Assembly: GCA_023396915.1 (NCBI GenBank)
Contig: JAEWUV010000003.1
Location: 1 to 59,213 of the forward strand
Source of the DNA: Candidatus Parcubacteria bacterium
Lineage (GTDB): Bacteria > Patescibacteriota > Microgenomatia > UBA12405
DNA: 59,213 bases
Reading direction: 5' to 3'
In this document: piece after piece, positions 25,818 to 35,323 of the stretch
How the letters are laid out: each line of letters opens with the position of its first letter
Position numbering within the stretch: the stretch's first letter is position 1
The notes under the pieces: model-generated
What the model was told of the DNA's origin: nothing
Database searches by the model: none
What the model saw: the letters and a program-made list of their open reading frames with translations, nothing else
Made by a program: the position numbers and the translations under genes

Positions 25818-26609
25818 ATGAAAAGGCTTATTTTGTTTTTAAGTCTGATTGGTCTAATTGGAGTTTTTTATTTTACGCTACCAAATAATAAACCAGTAGT
25901 GGTGGTGTGTGATGTGGGTCAAGGGGATGCAATTTTGGCAGAATATAAAAATATTCAGCTATTGGTGGATGTGGGTCCGGACAATAAAAAAGTTTTGAAG
26001 TGTTTAGAAAATCATATGCCTTTTTGGGACAAGACAATTGAGGTGATAATTTTGACTCATGGGGATAGTGATCATGTGGGAGGATTGAATGATGTTATTA
26101 AGACATATAAAGTGAATAATTTTTTTAGTAACGGTTTACTAAATGAGGAGATTGAACAAAAAATTAGTTCTAAAAAAATAGCCCAAAATGATATGGTTGA
26201 GGTAGGTTTGTTTAATTTTGATGTGGTCTGGCCGTCCGCCTACGTTGAAACTTCGGTGGGTGAAGAAGATAGTAATAAAAATTCGGTAGTGGGAATTTTG
26301 GGGGTAAAAAATAGCGGTTGGTCAATGTTTTTAAGTGGAGATATGGAAACGGAGGCTGAGCAAAAGTTGGTGTGGCGAAAAATTTTAGACTCTCCAGTGA
26401 CAGTTTTAAAAGTTAGTCATCATGGATCAAAAACAGCAACGAGTCAAGAATTGTTAGATGTTTTAAAACCAAAAATGGCAGTAATTAGTGTGGGGAAAAA
26501 TAATCGATTTGGTCATCCGACGAGTGAGGTATTGGAAAGATTAAAAAATGTTGGGGCAGAAATTAAAAGGACAGATATGGACGGAGAAACTATTTTATAT
26601 CCTTATTGA
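25818..26609 (+). CDS. Metallo-beta-lactamase-fold domain of ComEC as a separate ORF with its own TM helix
   Basis: VCDVGQGDAIL, ILTHGDSDHVGGL, VSHHGSKTATS, NRFGHPTSEVLERL. Confidence 0.8.
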   Translation: MKRLILFLSLIGLIGVFYFTLPNNKPVVVVCDVGQGDAILAEYKNIQLLVDVGPDNKKVLKCLENHMPFWDKTIEVIILTHGDSDHVGGLNDVIKTYKVNNFFSNGLLNEEIEQKISSKKIAQNDMVEVGLFNFDVVWPSAYVETSVGEEDSNKNSVVGILGVKNSGWSMFLSGDMETEAEQKLVWRKILDSPVTVLKVSHHGSKTATSQELLDVLKPKMAVISVGKNNRFGHPTSEVLERLKNVGAEIKRTDMDGETILYPY

Positions 26610-27601
26610 TTGATAATGGTTTGATAAATATGTTGAGAAATTTTTTTGATGGTAGTGGCTTCTTTGGTAATATCTTTGCCGCGGGTCATAATACAAAGCA
26701 AGTAAGGTTTTTTTGGAGCATAAACAATGCCGCAATCGTGAAGCTGAGTTTCTTGGGTTTCAGTGAATTTTCTTTCTCCAAACTTATGGGAAATAGTAAT
26801 GTTTTTTGGAATTCCAGCAACTAGACCATTTTGGTATTCTGTTTGGGATAAAAGAGACAGAGCCTTTTCGGACATTTCTTGGCTAAGATAGGAAGCATTA
26901 TAAAGAATACGATAAAAGGAGGCATATTCTTGTACAGTGATGATATCTCCGTTGGGGTTAGAAAAGGCTTTGGAAATGTCAATATCCAGATCTTTAAAAA
27001 TTTTATATGTTTCTTCAGGGCTAAGATTATCTATTAGGGTGTTGTAAGCATCGTTATCTGATTCGACAATCATTCGTCTTAAAAGTTCTTCAATAGGATA
27101 TTCTTGATTATTTTGAAGGGATTCAGAAGGTTTAATGTTTTGGATATCACTACCAGAATTAGAATCAATCTTGACAGTTAATTTTTGTTGAAGAATAGAA
27201 GGGTTAATATCGGCTTTTTTAAGGTAAGTCATTAAGGTTGGGAGTTTAATTAGGCTAGCAGGGGAAAAATATTCGTCTTCGTTGATACCAAGCCAAGGAC
27301 CATTATTGAGATCTCGGAAATAGACGGCAGCAAAAGTTATGTTTTGATTATTTTTTTCTTGATCAATAATGTCTCGAGTAGAACTTTTAAGGGATGATAA
27401 TTGATTATTTAAGGAAATATCAACATCGCATTCAAGTATGGGGTTAATAAATTGATAATTAAAATTTTTTCTGGTAATTTCTTCTTCTTGAGAAGCATTG
27501 TTCTTTTTTTGAATTTCAAATTTATTGGAAATTAAAAACCCCAAAAAGCAACTGAAGAGCATGCTAATAATCCATAAAGAAATAATTTTTTGGGATGACA
27601 T
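26603..27601 (-). CDS. Class-A beta-lactamase-like serine hydrolase, membrane anchored
   Basis: SxxK = SLIK (PASLIKLPT), SDN = ESDNDAYN, KTG-like HKFGE. Start chosen at ATG 27601 (MSSQKIISLW...) to avoid overlapping leuS. Confidence 0.6.
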   Translation of the reverse strand: MSSQKIISLWIISMLFSCFLGFLISNKFEIQKKNNASQEEEITRKNFNYQFINPILECDVDISLNNQLSSLKSSTRDIIDQEKNNQNITFAAVYFRDLNNGPWLGINEDEYFSPASLIKLPTLMTYLKKADINPSILQQKLTVKIDSNSGSDIQNIKPSESLQNNQEYPIEELLRRMIVESDNDAYNTLIDNLSPEETYKIFKDLDIDISKAFSNPNGDIITVQEYASFYRILYNASYLSQEMSEKALSLLSQTEYQNGLVAGIPKNITISHKFGERKFTETQETQLHDCGIVYAPKKPYLLCIMTRGKDITKEATTIKKISQHIYQTIINQ

Positions 27602-27656
27602 AAATGGATGAATTATCTTACCACAAAGAAGATGGTAAAATAGGTTCATCATATTT

Positions 27657-30119
27657 ATGAAAGATTTTAAATTAATAGAAGACAAGTGGCAGAAATACTG
27701 GGAAGGACATCCAGAGATTTCTAGGGCTGGAAGTATTGATGATAAAAAAAAGAAGAAATATATTTTAGTGGAATTCCCTTATCCGAGTGGTAGTGGCCTT
27801 CATGTGGGTCATGCTTTTAGTTTTACCGGGGCTGATGTTTATGCCAGATTTCACCGAATGATGGGTTATAACGTGTTATTTCCCATGGGTTGGGATGCTT
27901 TTGGTTTGCCAACAGAAAACTATGCTATCAAGATGAAACGGAAGCCACAGGAAATAACAAAAGAAAATACAGATCACTTCAGAGAACAAATGAAACGATT
28001 AGCTTATTCTTTTGATTGGAGTCGAGAGGTGAATACAACGGATCCGGATTATTATAAATGGACTCAGTGGATTTTTATCCAATTGTTTAAACAAGGCTTG
28101 GCTTACAAAAAAGAGATGCCGATAAATTGGTGTCCATCTTGTAAAATCGGTTTGGCAAACGAGGAAGTGGTTGATGGGAAATGTGAGCGATGTGGAGCTG
28201 AAGTGTCTAGACGTAATATTTCTCAGTGGGTAGTAAAAATCACAGATTATGCTGATAAGTTGATCGAAGGGTTAGAAAAAACTGATTTTATTGAGAAGGT
28301 AAAACAACAACAGATTAATTGGATAGGAAAAAGTGAAGGAGCAAAGGTTAGATTTAAAATTGATGGTTTAGATAAAGAATTAGAGGTGTTTACAACTCGT
28401 CCAGATACACTTTTTGGAGCAACATTTATGGTAATAGCCCCAGAACATGAATTGGCTTTAGAAATGTCAAAGAAGAATGAAGAGATTGAAGATTATATTA
28501 AAAACGCCAGAAAAAAGAGCGATATGGAAAGAGCAGAGTTGAATAAAGAGAAAACAGGGGTCTTTTCTGGTTTATATGCTATTAATCCGGTAAACGATAA
28601 AAAGATTCCGGTTTGGATTTCGGATTTTGTCTTGGCTAGTTATGGAACCGGAGCGATTATGTCGGTCCCGGCACATGATGAGCGTGATTTTGCTTTTGCT
28701 AAAAAATTTGGATTAGAGATTATTCCGGTATTAAAACCAAACAAGGATCATGATTTTGAAAAAGAAGCTTATGTGGATGACGGAATATTAATGAATTCTG
28801 AATTTTTAAATGGTTTAAGTAAAAAAGAAGCAATTGATAAAATGGGTGATTGGTTAAAAGAAAAAGGTATTGGAGAGAAGACGGCCTCATATCATTTGCG
28901 TGATTGGATATTTTCTAGACAACATTATTGGGGGGAACCAATACCAATGATTAAATGTCCTAAGTGCGGCTGGGTGCCAGTAGAGGACAAGGATTTACCA
29001 ATAGTTTTACCAGAGGTGGAGGCTTATGAGCCGACGGATGATGGTAAAAGTCCATTATCAAAAATTGACAGTTTTGTGAAATGTAAATGTCCGGTTTGTG
29101 GTGGAGAAGCAGAGAGAGAAACGGATACGATGCCAAATTGGGCTGGTAGTGATTGGTATTTTTTGGGATATCTACTGGCGGATAAAATTAAAGCTAATGA
29201 TATAGTTAGTGATATATTTAGTGATAGTCAGAAAGAGTTAGGTTACTGGTCGCCGGTGGATGTTTATATAGGTGGAGATGAACACAATGTGTTACATTTG
29301 CTTTATTCACGGTTTATTTATAAATTTTTGTGGGACTTAGGGGTGTTACCGAAAGAAAATCCAGAACCGTATTTTAAAAGAATTTCTCATGGGGTGATTT
29401 TAGGTTCTGATAATCAAAGGATGAGTAAGTCTAAGGGCAATGTAATTGTGCCAGAGACGGTGGCTGATAAATATGGGGTTGATGTAGTGAGGATGTATTT
29501 AATGTTTATGGGTCCATTTGATTCAACTATGGCTTGGAACGAAAAGACTTTGATGGGAGTGAAGAGATTTTTGGACAGATTTGAGATTTATGTTAATAAA
29601 CAGATAGAATGCTTGGGTCAGAAATCAGAGGTAGCGAGTGTAGTTGATGTGGTTGTAAATAAAACGATTAAGTCTGTAACAGAAGATTTTAAGCGCTTTA
29701 GTTTTAACACTGCTATCGCTAAGTTAATGTCTTTAATAAATGAGCTTAGTGTTAATAGTGGTTGTATTGGAAGAGGTTATATTGAAGTGTTGATTAAGTT
29801 AATAGCACCTTTTGCACCATATGTGGCAGAAGAGTTATGGAGTAGTCTGGGAAATGAATTTTCAGTTCATTTAGAAAGTTGGCCAATAGCTGATGAAAAG
29901 TATTTGGTTAAGGGTGAGGTAAATATTCCGGTAGCGATAAATGGTAAGGTTAGGGAACAGTTAAAAATTTCCAGTAATAGTTTGGCTGATCAGAAAATAG
30001 TTTTAAAAGAGGCTAAAGATTTAGATAAAGTAAAAGAGTGGATAGGGAAAGGAGAAATAGTAAAAGAAATATATGTTCCTGGGAAAATGGTAAATTTGGT
30101 AGTAAAAGTGTTACAATGA
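27657..30119 (+). CDS. leuS: Leucyl-tRNA synthetase
   Basis: HVGHAFSF (HIGH), KMSKSKGN, CP1 editing domain TTRPDTLFGATFMVIAPEH, zinc CPSC...CERC. Confidence 0.95.
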   Translation: MKDFKLIEDKWQKYWEGHPEISRAGSIDDKKKKKYILVEFPYPSGSGLHVGHAFSFTGADVYARFHRMMGYNVLFPMGWDAFGLPTENYAIKMKRKPQEITKENTDHFREQMKRLAYSFDWSREVNTTDPDYYKWTQWIFIQLFKQGLAYKKEMPINWCPSCKIGLANEEVVDGKCERCGAEVSRRNISQWVVKITDYADKLIEGLEKTDFIEKVKQQQINWIGKSEGAKVRFKIDGLDKELEVFTTRPDTLFGATFMVIAPEHELALEMSKKNEEIEDYIKNARKKSDMERAELNKEKTGVFSGLYAINPVNDKKIPVWISDFVLASYGTGAIMSVPAHDERDFAFAKKFGLEIIPVLKPNKDHDFEKEAYVDDGILMNSEFLNGLSKKEAIDKMGDWLKEKGIGEKTASYHLRDWIFSRQHYWGEPIPMIKCPKCGWVPVEDKDLPIVLPEVEAYEPTDDGKSPLSKIDSFVKCKCPVCGGEAERETDTMPNWAGSDWYFLGYLLADKIKANDIVSDIFSDSQKELGYWSPVDVYIGGDEHNVLHLLYSRFIYKFLWDLGVLPKENPEPYFKRISHGVILGSDNQRMSKSKGNVIVPETVADKYGVDVVRMYLMFMGPFDSTMAWNEKTLMGVKRFLDRFEIYVNKQIECLGQKSEVASVVDVVVNKTIKSVTEDFKRFSFNTAIAKLMSLINELSVNSGCIGRGYIEVLIKLIAPFAPYVAEELWSSLGNEFSVHLESWPIADEKYLVKGEVNIPVAINGKVREQLKISSNSLADQKIVLKEAKDLDKVKEWIGKGEIVKEIYVPGKMVNLVVKVLQ

Positions 30120-30255
30120 TACATTGCTTGAAGTGATTTGAAATTTAGTGATAGAGTAGTTGGAAGTTGTTCAGATGAATAGGCTAAACTATATCAAGCA
30201 GAGCTATGTATTGATTGCTAATACTAATTAAATTACTTGAAAGACCGAATAAATC

Positions 30256-31485
30256 ATGAAAATTGAAGTTAAGGAACTTAAAAATGGAATTCGAGTAGCC
30301 GTAGTGCCGGTTTCCGGTTTAAGGTCGGTAACAATAGAGGTGTTTTTAAAGATTGGTTCTAAGTATGAGAATAGGGGTGAGTTTGGAATAAGTCATTTTT
30401 TGGAACATATGGCGTTTAAGGGGACTCTAAAGAGATTAACCGCATCTGAGATAAATAAGGAAATAGACAGTAAAGGGGCGGAGCATAATGCCAGTACCAG
30501 CCACGAAGTAACTTCTTATTACATTACTACTATCAAAGAAAATATTCCTTGGGGTTTGGAGCTATTGTCAGACATGTTAATTAATTCAGTTTTTGACAAG
30601 AATGAAGTTTTAAAAGAAAAAGGGGTAATTAAGGAAGAGATTAGAATGTACCACGATAGTCCGATGAGAGGTTTACCTGGAGAGTTAATTAAGTTTTTGT
30701 ATGGAAAATCTAAGATTGGTTGTTGGGATATTGCCGGAGAGATAGAAGATATAGAAAAGATAGACCGAGATAAAGTGGTTTCTTATAGAAATAAACTTAT
30801 TAATCCTAATAATATTGTGGTGGTTGTGGCCGGAAATGTTGATTCTAGGGCTTTTGGTGAGGTCGAAAAATATTTTTCAGGGTTTGATTTAGGCAAGGAT
30901 AATATTTTACCTAAAATTAATATGGTTTTAAATCCGGGAAAAAGAAAGGAAATAATTAGACCGGTTGAAGGGGGTCATTTTGCTATGGCGGTACCAGCTT
31001 TAAATAGAGGTGATTCTAGAAAATATGCTTTTAAGATTCTAAATTTGGTTCTGGCCGGGGGGTCTTCGTCAAGATTATTCCAAAAGATAAGAGAAGAAAG
31101 GGGCTTGGCCTATTATGTTATCCCTTTGAGTGAAAGTTTTGCTGAGGCTGGGTTTTGGGGAGTTCAGTCTGGGGTTAAAGCTAATAAGATAGATGAGGCT
31201 ATGGATATAGTAAGAGAAGAGATTTGTAATATAGGTAATAATTTAACTTTTGACGAGTTAAATTTGGCAAAAGATTGTTTAGTAGGTAGAACAGAATTAA
31301 GAATGGACGAGAGTGATTATTGGTCTGATTTGGTAGGAGAGAAATTATTGCTTGATGATAAGGTGGTTGATTTAGATAAAGAGCTAGAAAAATATAAAAA
31401 AGTAACTAAAAAAGAAGTAATAGATTTGGCTAAAGATATATTTAAAATAGAAGAGATAAGAGAAGTTTTGATTAAAAAGAAGTAA
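30256..31485 (+). CDS. M16 (pitrilysin/insulinase) family zinc peptidase
   Basis: HxxEH motif GISHFLEHMAFKGT, downstream E in NASTSHEVTSYY. Confidence 0.8.
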   Translation: MKIEVKELKNGIRVAVVPVSGLRSVTIEVFLKIGSKYENRGEFGISHFLEHMAFKGTLKRLTASEINKEIDSKGAEHNASTSHEVTSYYITTIKENIPWGLELLSDMLINSVFDKNEVLKEKGVIKEEIRMYHDSPMRGLPGELIKFLYGKSKIGCWDIAGEIEDIEKIDRDKVVSYRNKLINPNNIVVVVAGNVDSRAFGEVEKYFSGFDLGKDNILPKINMVLNPGKRKEIIRPVEGGHFAMAVPALNRGDSRKYAFKILNLVLAGGSSSRLFQKIREERGLAYYVIPLSESFAEAGFWGVQSGVKANKIDEAMDIVREEICNIGNNLTFDELNLAKDCLVGRTELRMDESDYWSDLVGEKLLLDDKVVDLDKELEKYKKVTKKEVIDLAKDIFKIEEIREVLIKKK

Positions 31486-32271
31486 CTTTTTAGCTTTGTT
31501 TGTTATTACAGGACAATGTAAGAACTAATTAGCAATGAATAGGTTATTCTGCTAGTATTTGTTTTAAAGGTTTTTTGATGGTGAGTAAGGCTAATTTTTA
31601 ATAGTTTGGTTTTAGGAAAATATTGATTGGTTTAATAGATAAAAGTCTTTTTTTAAATAATAAAGAGGGTTTTTTGGAAAGAAAAATGATTTTAATTGAT
31701 ATATTTAAAAGGGTAGTTTTTTGAGACATTTTAATGACAGTAGTGGAGTATTAGAGGTGTATTTTTTATTGGAAATGTTTAAGATTTTTGGTTGTTTTTG
31801 ATATTAATGCGGTAATTAAATTAATTTAAGCTATTAATTGATATATTAAAGTAGGTTTTTTTAGGTATTTTTTACGGTAATATTATATTAGTTAATTTTA
31901 CTTTAAATTGTACGTTAAAAATGCGGTATTTGTAATTTTAGTGCGGTTAATTAATGTTTTTTATATTTAAAATTTGCGGTTAATGTTAATAATGGCTTTA
32001 TTTTTACTACTAAAAAGTTGTTTTAAAATTGTTTTGGTGTTTTTAGAAAAACAAATTAATAAAAATGTTTGAGAGTTATTTTTGAAAATTTAATAGGTAA
32101 AGAAAAGAAAAGGGTTTGGAAAATATAGACAGAAAATTGTTGATATAGAAAGATTAATTAAGTTATTTTATGTTGCATATAGGTGATTTTATTTAGCAAT
32201 TGGCCAGTTTATTTGCTAGGTGGTGAAGGTGGTTGTTTTTAGCTTTGAAGATAGGGAAAAAATGATTTTTG

Positions 32272-32343
32272 TGTCCTCACTAGGAATTGAACCTAGATTT
32301 ATCCCTTAGGGGGGGATCGTTCTATCCGTTGAACTATGAGGAC
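32272..32343 (-). tRNA. tRNA-Arg (anticodon CCT), no encoded CCA, C at position 33
   Basis: Hand fold: GTCCTCA/TGAGGAC acceptor, GTTC/GAAC D stem, ATCCC/GGGAT anticodon stem, loop CCCCTAA, CTAGG-TTCAATT-CCTAG T arm, discriminator A. Confidence 0.8.
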
Positions 32344-32380
32344 TAGAGGTCGCCTACGCTAAAGCTTCGGCGGACCACGG

Positions 32381-32454
32381 TCGGGGATACTGGATTCGAA
32401 CCAGCAGCCTCAGCGTCCCGAACGCTGCGCGCTAGCCAATTGCGCCAATCCCCG
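32381..32454 (-). tRNA. tRNA-Pro (anticodon CGG), canonical C1:G72 and A73
   Basis: CGGGGAT/ATCCCCG acceptor, GCGC/GCGC D stem, CAGCG-TTCGGGA-CGCTG anticodon arm, GCTGG-TTCGAAT-CCAGT T arm. It is followed by CC then G. Confidence 0.85.
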
Positions 32455-32513
32455 AAGGTAGGTTATTATAACTGATTTATTGACGGAATTAAAAAAAACT
32501 TTATACTCATTTT

Positions 32514-32711
32514 ATGACTGATAGTGATAGAAATGTGAGAACTTTAATTGTGTGCTTTGTTTTGGCTTTAATGGCCTTAGTTCCTATGAGAATTGGATCT
32601 GGTGGAGTTTTGAATAGTGAGAGTAAGGTTTTAGGAGAGACAAATCAAGTTGTAGTGGAGAGTGCTGTTAGCGAGATAATATTGCCTGAAGTGGGTGGTT
32701 TGCGATACTAA
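32514..32711 (+). CDS. Small membrane protein, hypothetical
   Basis: 65-aa ORF with one TM helix (LIVCFVLALMALVPM). No other support. Confidence 0.3.
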   Translation: MTDSDRNVRTLIVCFVLALMALVPMRIGSGGVLNSESKVLGETNQVVVESAVSEIILPEVGGLRY

Positions 32712-32720
32712 AAGATTAGA

Positions 32721-33926
32721 TTATCTTACAGAGATAGTATAGAGGTTTTTTGGGGCGGAAGAATAGGTGCTGGTAAGGATTATTATCTTATTGCCGTCAC
32801 TCCAAGGAGTAACGCAGTTAGTGTCAAAATTTTCAGAGAAAATATTTTGCTTGTTGGTACCGTCGTAGTCAATTACTTTTAAATCCTGATCTTGGACAAA
32901 GATTAAGTTGTTTGAATTTGGTAGCCAGAATATCTGGCCAAGATTGTCCTTTGAGTCAATTAAAAAATTAGTGTCATCTTTGAGGTCATAGACATAGTAG
33001 TTTCCGGCTTGAACTTGACGGTGCTGAGTTTGGGTGCTTTGAGCGGGTGGAGGAGTAATTATGTCCGGAGTTATTTGGCCGTTATTTTGGGCTAAATAAA
33101 GAATTTTATTATCATCACTGGAGAATTGAAGGTATTGAGCAGATTCAGTGGCAATCAAAGATTGAATTTCTTTTGGAATTCGACTTAACTTTGTATTTAT
33201 GATTAATGATGTTTGAGTTTGCCATTCAGTATATATGTCTTCTAAACTATCGGTAACGTCAGTTAATTTTTGAGAAGAAATGGGAATATCTAGGGAAATT
33301 AAGTAATTAATATTGGTTTTTGGATTGGTGGCTAGTATTTGGCGTGAGTTAGGTGAAAAAACGTAGGTAAAGTCAGCCCAATCTATAGTGGTGGTGTTGG
33401 GGCTGAGTTGCTGAGAGTCGCTTCTAAGAAGAGAAAGAGGTAGGGCGGATGATTCCATAAGATAGAGGCCATTGTCTTTGGTGGCTGAAGCGGAGGCAAC
33501 AGCGTAGACTATTTTAGAGTTATCACCATTAATACTGGGGTTGATGGCTCCGGTAAGGGTTACTGGTTTAAGGTCGGGGACGGCACTAAATAATTGAATA
33601 TCAGCTTGATAAACGGTTTCTGGTTTAATAGTAACAGTTTTTTCCCAGGGAAGAAAACCATCTTTATTGATTTTTAGATTATAAATACCAGGTGAAAGAT
33701 TAATAGTGTCATCGGTGGCGGTTACTAGTTTGTCGTCGATGTAAACTGAGGCCCCTTTTGGTTTAGAAACGGCAGAAATTATTCCGGTTGGGTTTAAAAT
33801 GAATCCATTTTTAAGAGAGAAACGATAGCCACGGGCAAAAAGAGAAATAAAATAGGTGGAGATTAAGATAAAAAAAGCAACAGAGATAAAAATAATTAAG
33901 CTCCGGCTGGTGGAATTTTTTCTCAT
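32721..33926 (-). CDS. PEGA-domain protein with C-terminal TolB-like beta-propeller, membrane anchored
   Basis: TM anchor, PEGA-like GASVYIDDKLVTATDDTINLSPGIYNLKINKDGFLPWEKTVTI, then repeated ...NKILY/IFV... blades. Confidence 0.6.
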   Translation of the reverse strand: MRKNSTSRSLIIFISVAFFILISTYFISLFARGYRFSLKNGFILNPTGIISAVSKPKGASVYIDDKLVTATDDTINLSPGIYNLKINKDGFLPWEKTVTIKPETVYQADIQLFSAVPDLKPVTLTGAINPSINGDNSKIVYAVASASATKDNGLYLMESSALPLSLLRSDSQQLSPNTTTIDWADFTYVFSPNSRQILATNPKTNINYLISLDIPISSQKLTDVTDSLEDIYTEWQTQTSLIINTKLSRIPKEIQSLIATESAQYLQFSSDDNKILYLAQNNGQITPDIITPPPAQSTQTQHRQVQAGNYYVYDLKDDTNFLIDSKDNLGQIFWLPNSNNLIFVQDQDLKVIDYDGTNKQNIFSENFDTNCVTPWSDGNKIIILTSTYSSAPKNLYTISVR

Positions 33927-33993
33927 GCTTCTATTATAACTTATTTGATGTTTTAGATTATTAGTTTATTAGGGTATTAGGGTAAAATGAGAT

Positions 33994-34995
33994 ATGAAGT
34001 TTTTGAAAAAGCTAGGAATAGACTTGGGTACAGCTAATAGTATTGTTTGGGAGGTAGGCAAGGGAATTGTTTTAAATGAACCAACGATTGTGGCAGTAGG
34101 AGTTGAAGATAGAAAAGTTTTGGCAGTGGGAAATGAGGCAAAGAAAATGTTAGGGAAAACTCCGGAATATATTGAGGTAATCAGGCCTTTGGAGGATGGT
34201 GTGATTGCTGATTATGAAGTAACTGAAGCGATGTTGAGATATTTTATGAAACAAATTATGGGAAATAGATGGTTTGTGGGACCGGAAGTAATGGTTTGTG
34301 TGCCAGCTGGAGTAACTCAGGTAGAACAAAAAGCGGTGTTAGACGCGGCTTTAGCGGCGGGGGCTCGGAAAGCTTATTTAATTGATAAACCTTTGGCAGC
34401 GGCAATTGGGGCCAAGGTTCCAGTGTCAGAGTCTTTTGGGAATATGATTGTGGATGTGGGTGGGGGTTCAGCAGAAGCGGCGGTAATATCTTTGGGTGGG
34501 GTGGTAACTCATCAGAGTGTAAGATTAGGGGGAAATAAGTTGGATGAGGTTATTATGGAATTTTTAAAGAAAAAATACAATTTAATAGTGGGTGAACAGA
34601 CAGCAGAATTAATTAAAACTAAATTGGGCTCAGCAACAAAACCAAAAAAAATAGAAACTTTAGAAATTAACGGTCGGGATTCGGTTTATGGATTACCAAA
34701 AAATATGGAAGTGGATAATGAAATAGTCTATGAGGCGATTAAACCAGTGTTGGAATTGATTATAAGAATTATCAGAGAGACTTTGGAAATTACTCCGCCA
34801 GAATTGGTGTCAGATATAGTTGATCGGGGAATAGTTTTGAGTGGCGGGACGGTGCAATTAAAAAATTTTAATACTTTAGTAACCCGAGAGATTGGGGTGT
34901 CAGCTCATGTGGCAATTGACCCTCAATATTGTGTAATTAAGGGGACAGGGATTGCTCTGGAGAATCTGGATATTTACCGTCGGGCGTTGCGGTGA
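33994..34995 (+). CDS. mreB: Rod-shape protein MreB (actin homolog)
   Basis: GIDLGTANSIVW, RPLEDGVIADYE, MIVDVGGGSAEAAVISLGG, GIVLSGGTVQLKNF. Confidence 0.95.
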   Translation: MKFLKKLGIDLGTANSIVWEVGKGIVLNEPTIVAVGVEDRKVLAVGNEAKKMLGKTPEYIEVIRPLEDGVIADYEVTEAMLRYFMKQIMGNRWFVGPEVMVCVPAGVTQVEQKAVLDAALAAGARKAYLIDKPLAAAIGAKVPVSESFGNMIVDVGGGSAEAAVISLGGVVTHQSVRLGGNKLDEVIMEFLKKKYNLIVGEQTAELIKTKLGSATKPKKIETLEINGRDSVYGLPKNMEVDNEIVYEAIKPVLELIIRIIRETLEITPPELVSDIVDRGIVLSGGTVQLKNFNTLVTREIGVSAHVAIDPQYCVIKGTGIALENLDIYRRALR

Positions 34996-35010
34996 TGTAT
35001 TTTAAATATA

Positions 35011-35277
35011 TATCTTATAAAAGATAAAATCTTAGTTTTCTTCTTTTTTGTTTTAGTTATAAAAGTAACTTATAGTTGTTAACTTTATCTTTTTTATTAA
35101 TTTTAAGTAAATTTAATTATTTTGGCTAATTTACCTTGTTATTTTGGAGTAAAAATTTTATTCAAATATGCAAATTTAACGGAAGATATAAATTTGGTTT
35201 TTTATCTTATATGTCGATATAGAATTAATAGGTGATATAGTTATAGTAATTATCTTAGTTTTTAACTATATAAGATA
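35011..35277. promoter_or_regulatory. Three inverted-repeat sites with half-site TATCTT in the 328-bp spacer upstream of the TagA-like gene
   Basis: TATCTTataaAAGATA (35011-35026), AAGATA-N14-TATCTT (35183-35208), TATCTTA-N13-TAAGATA (35251-35277). Confidence 0.3.
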
Positions 35278-35323
35278 CTTTTTAGAGGTTTTTTGGAAGG
35301 TTTTTTAGTGGTAAAATAGTGAT

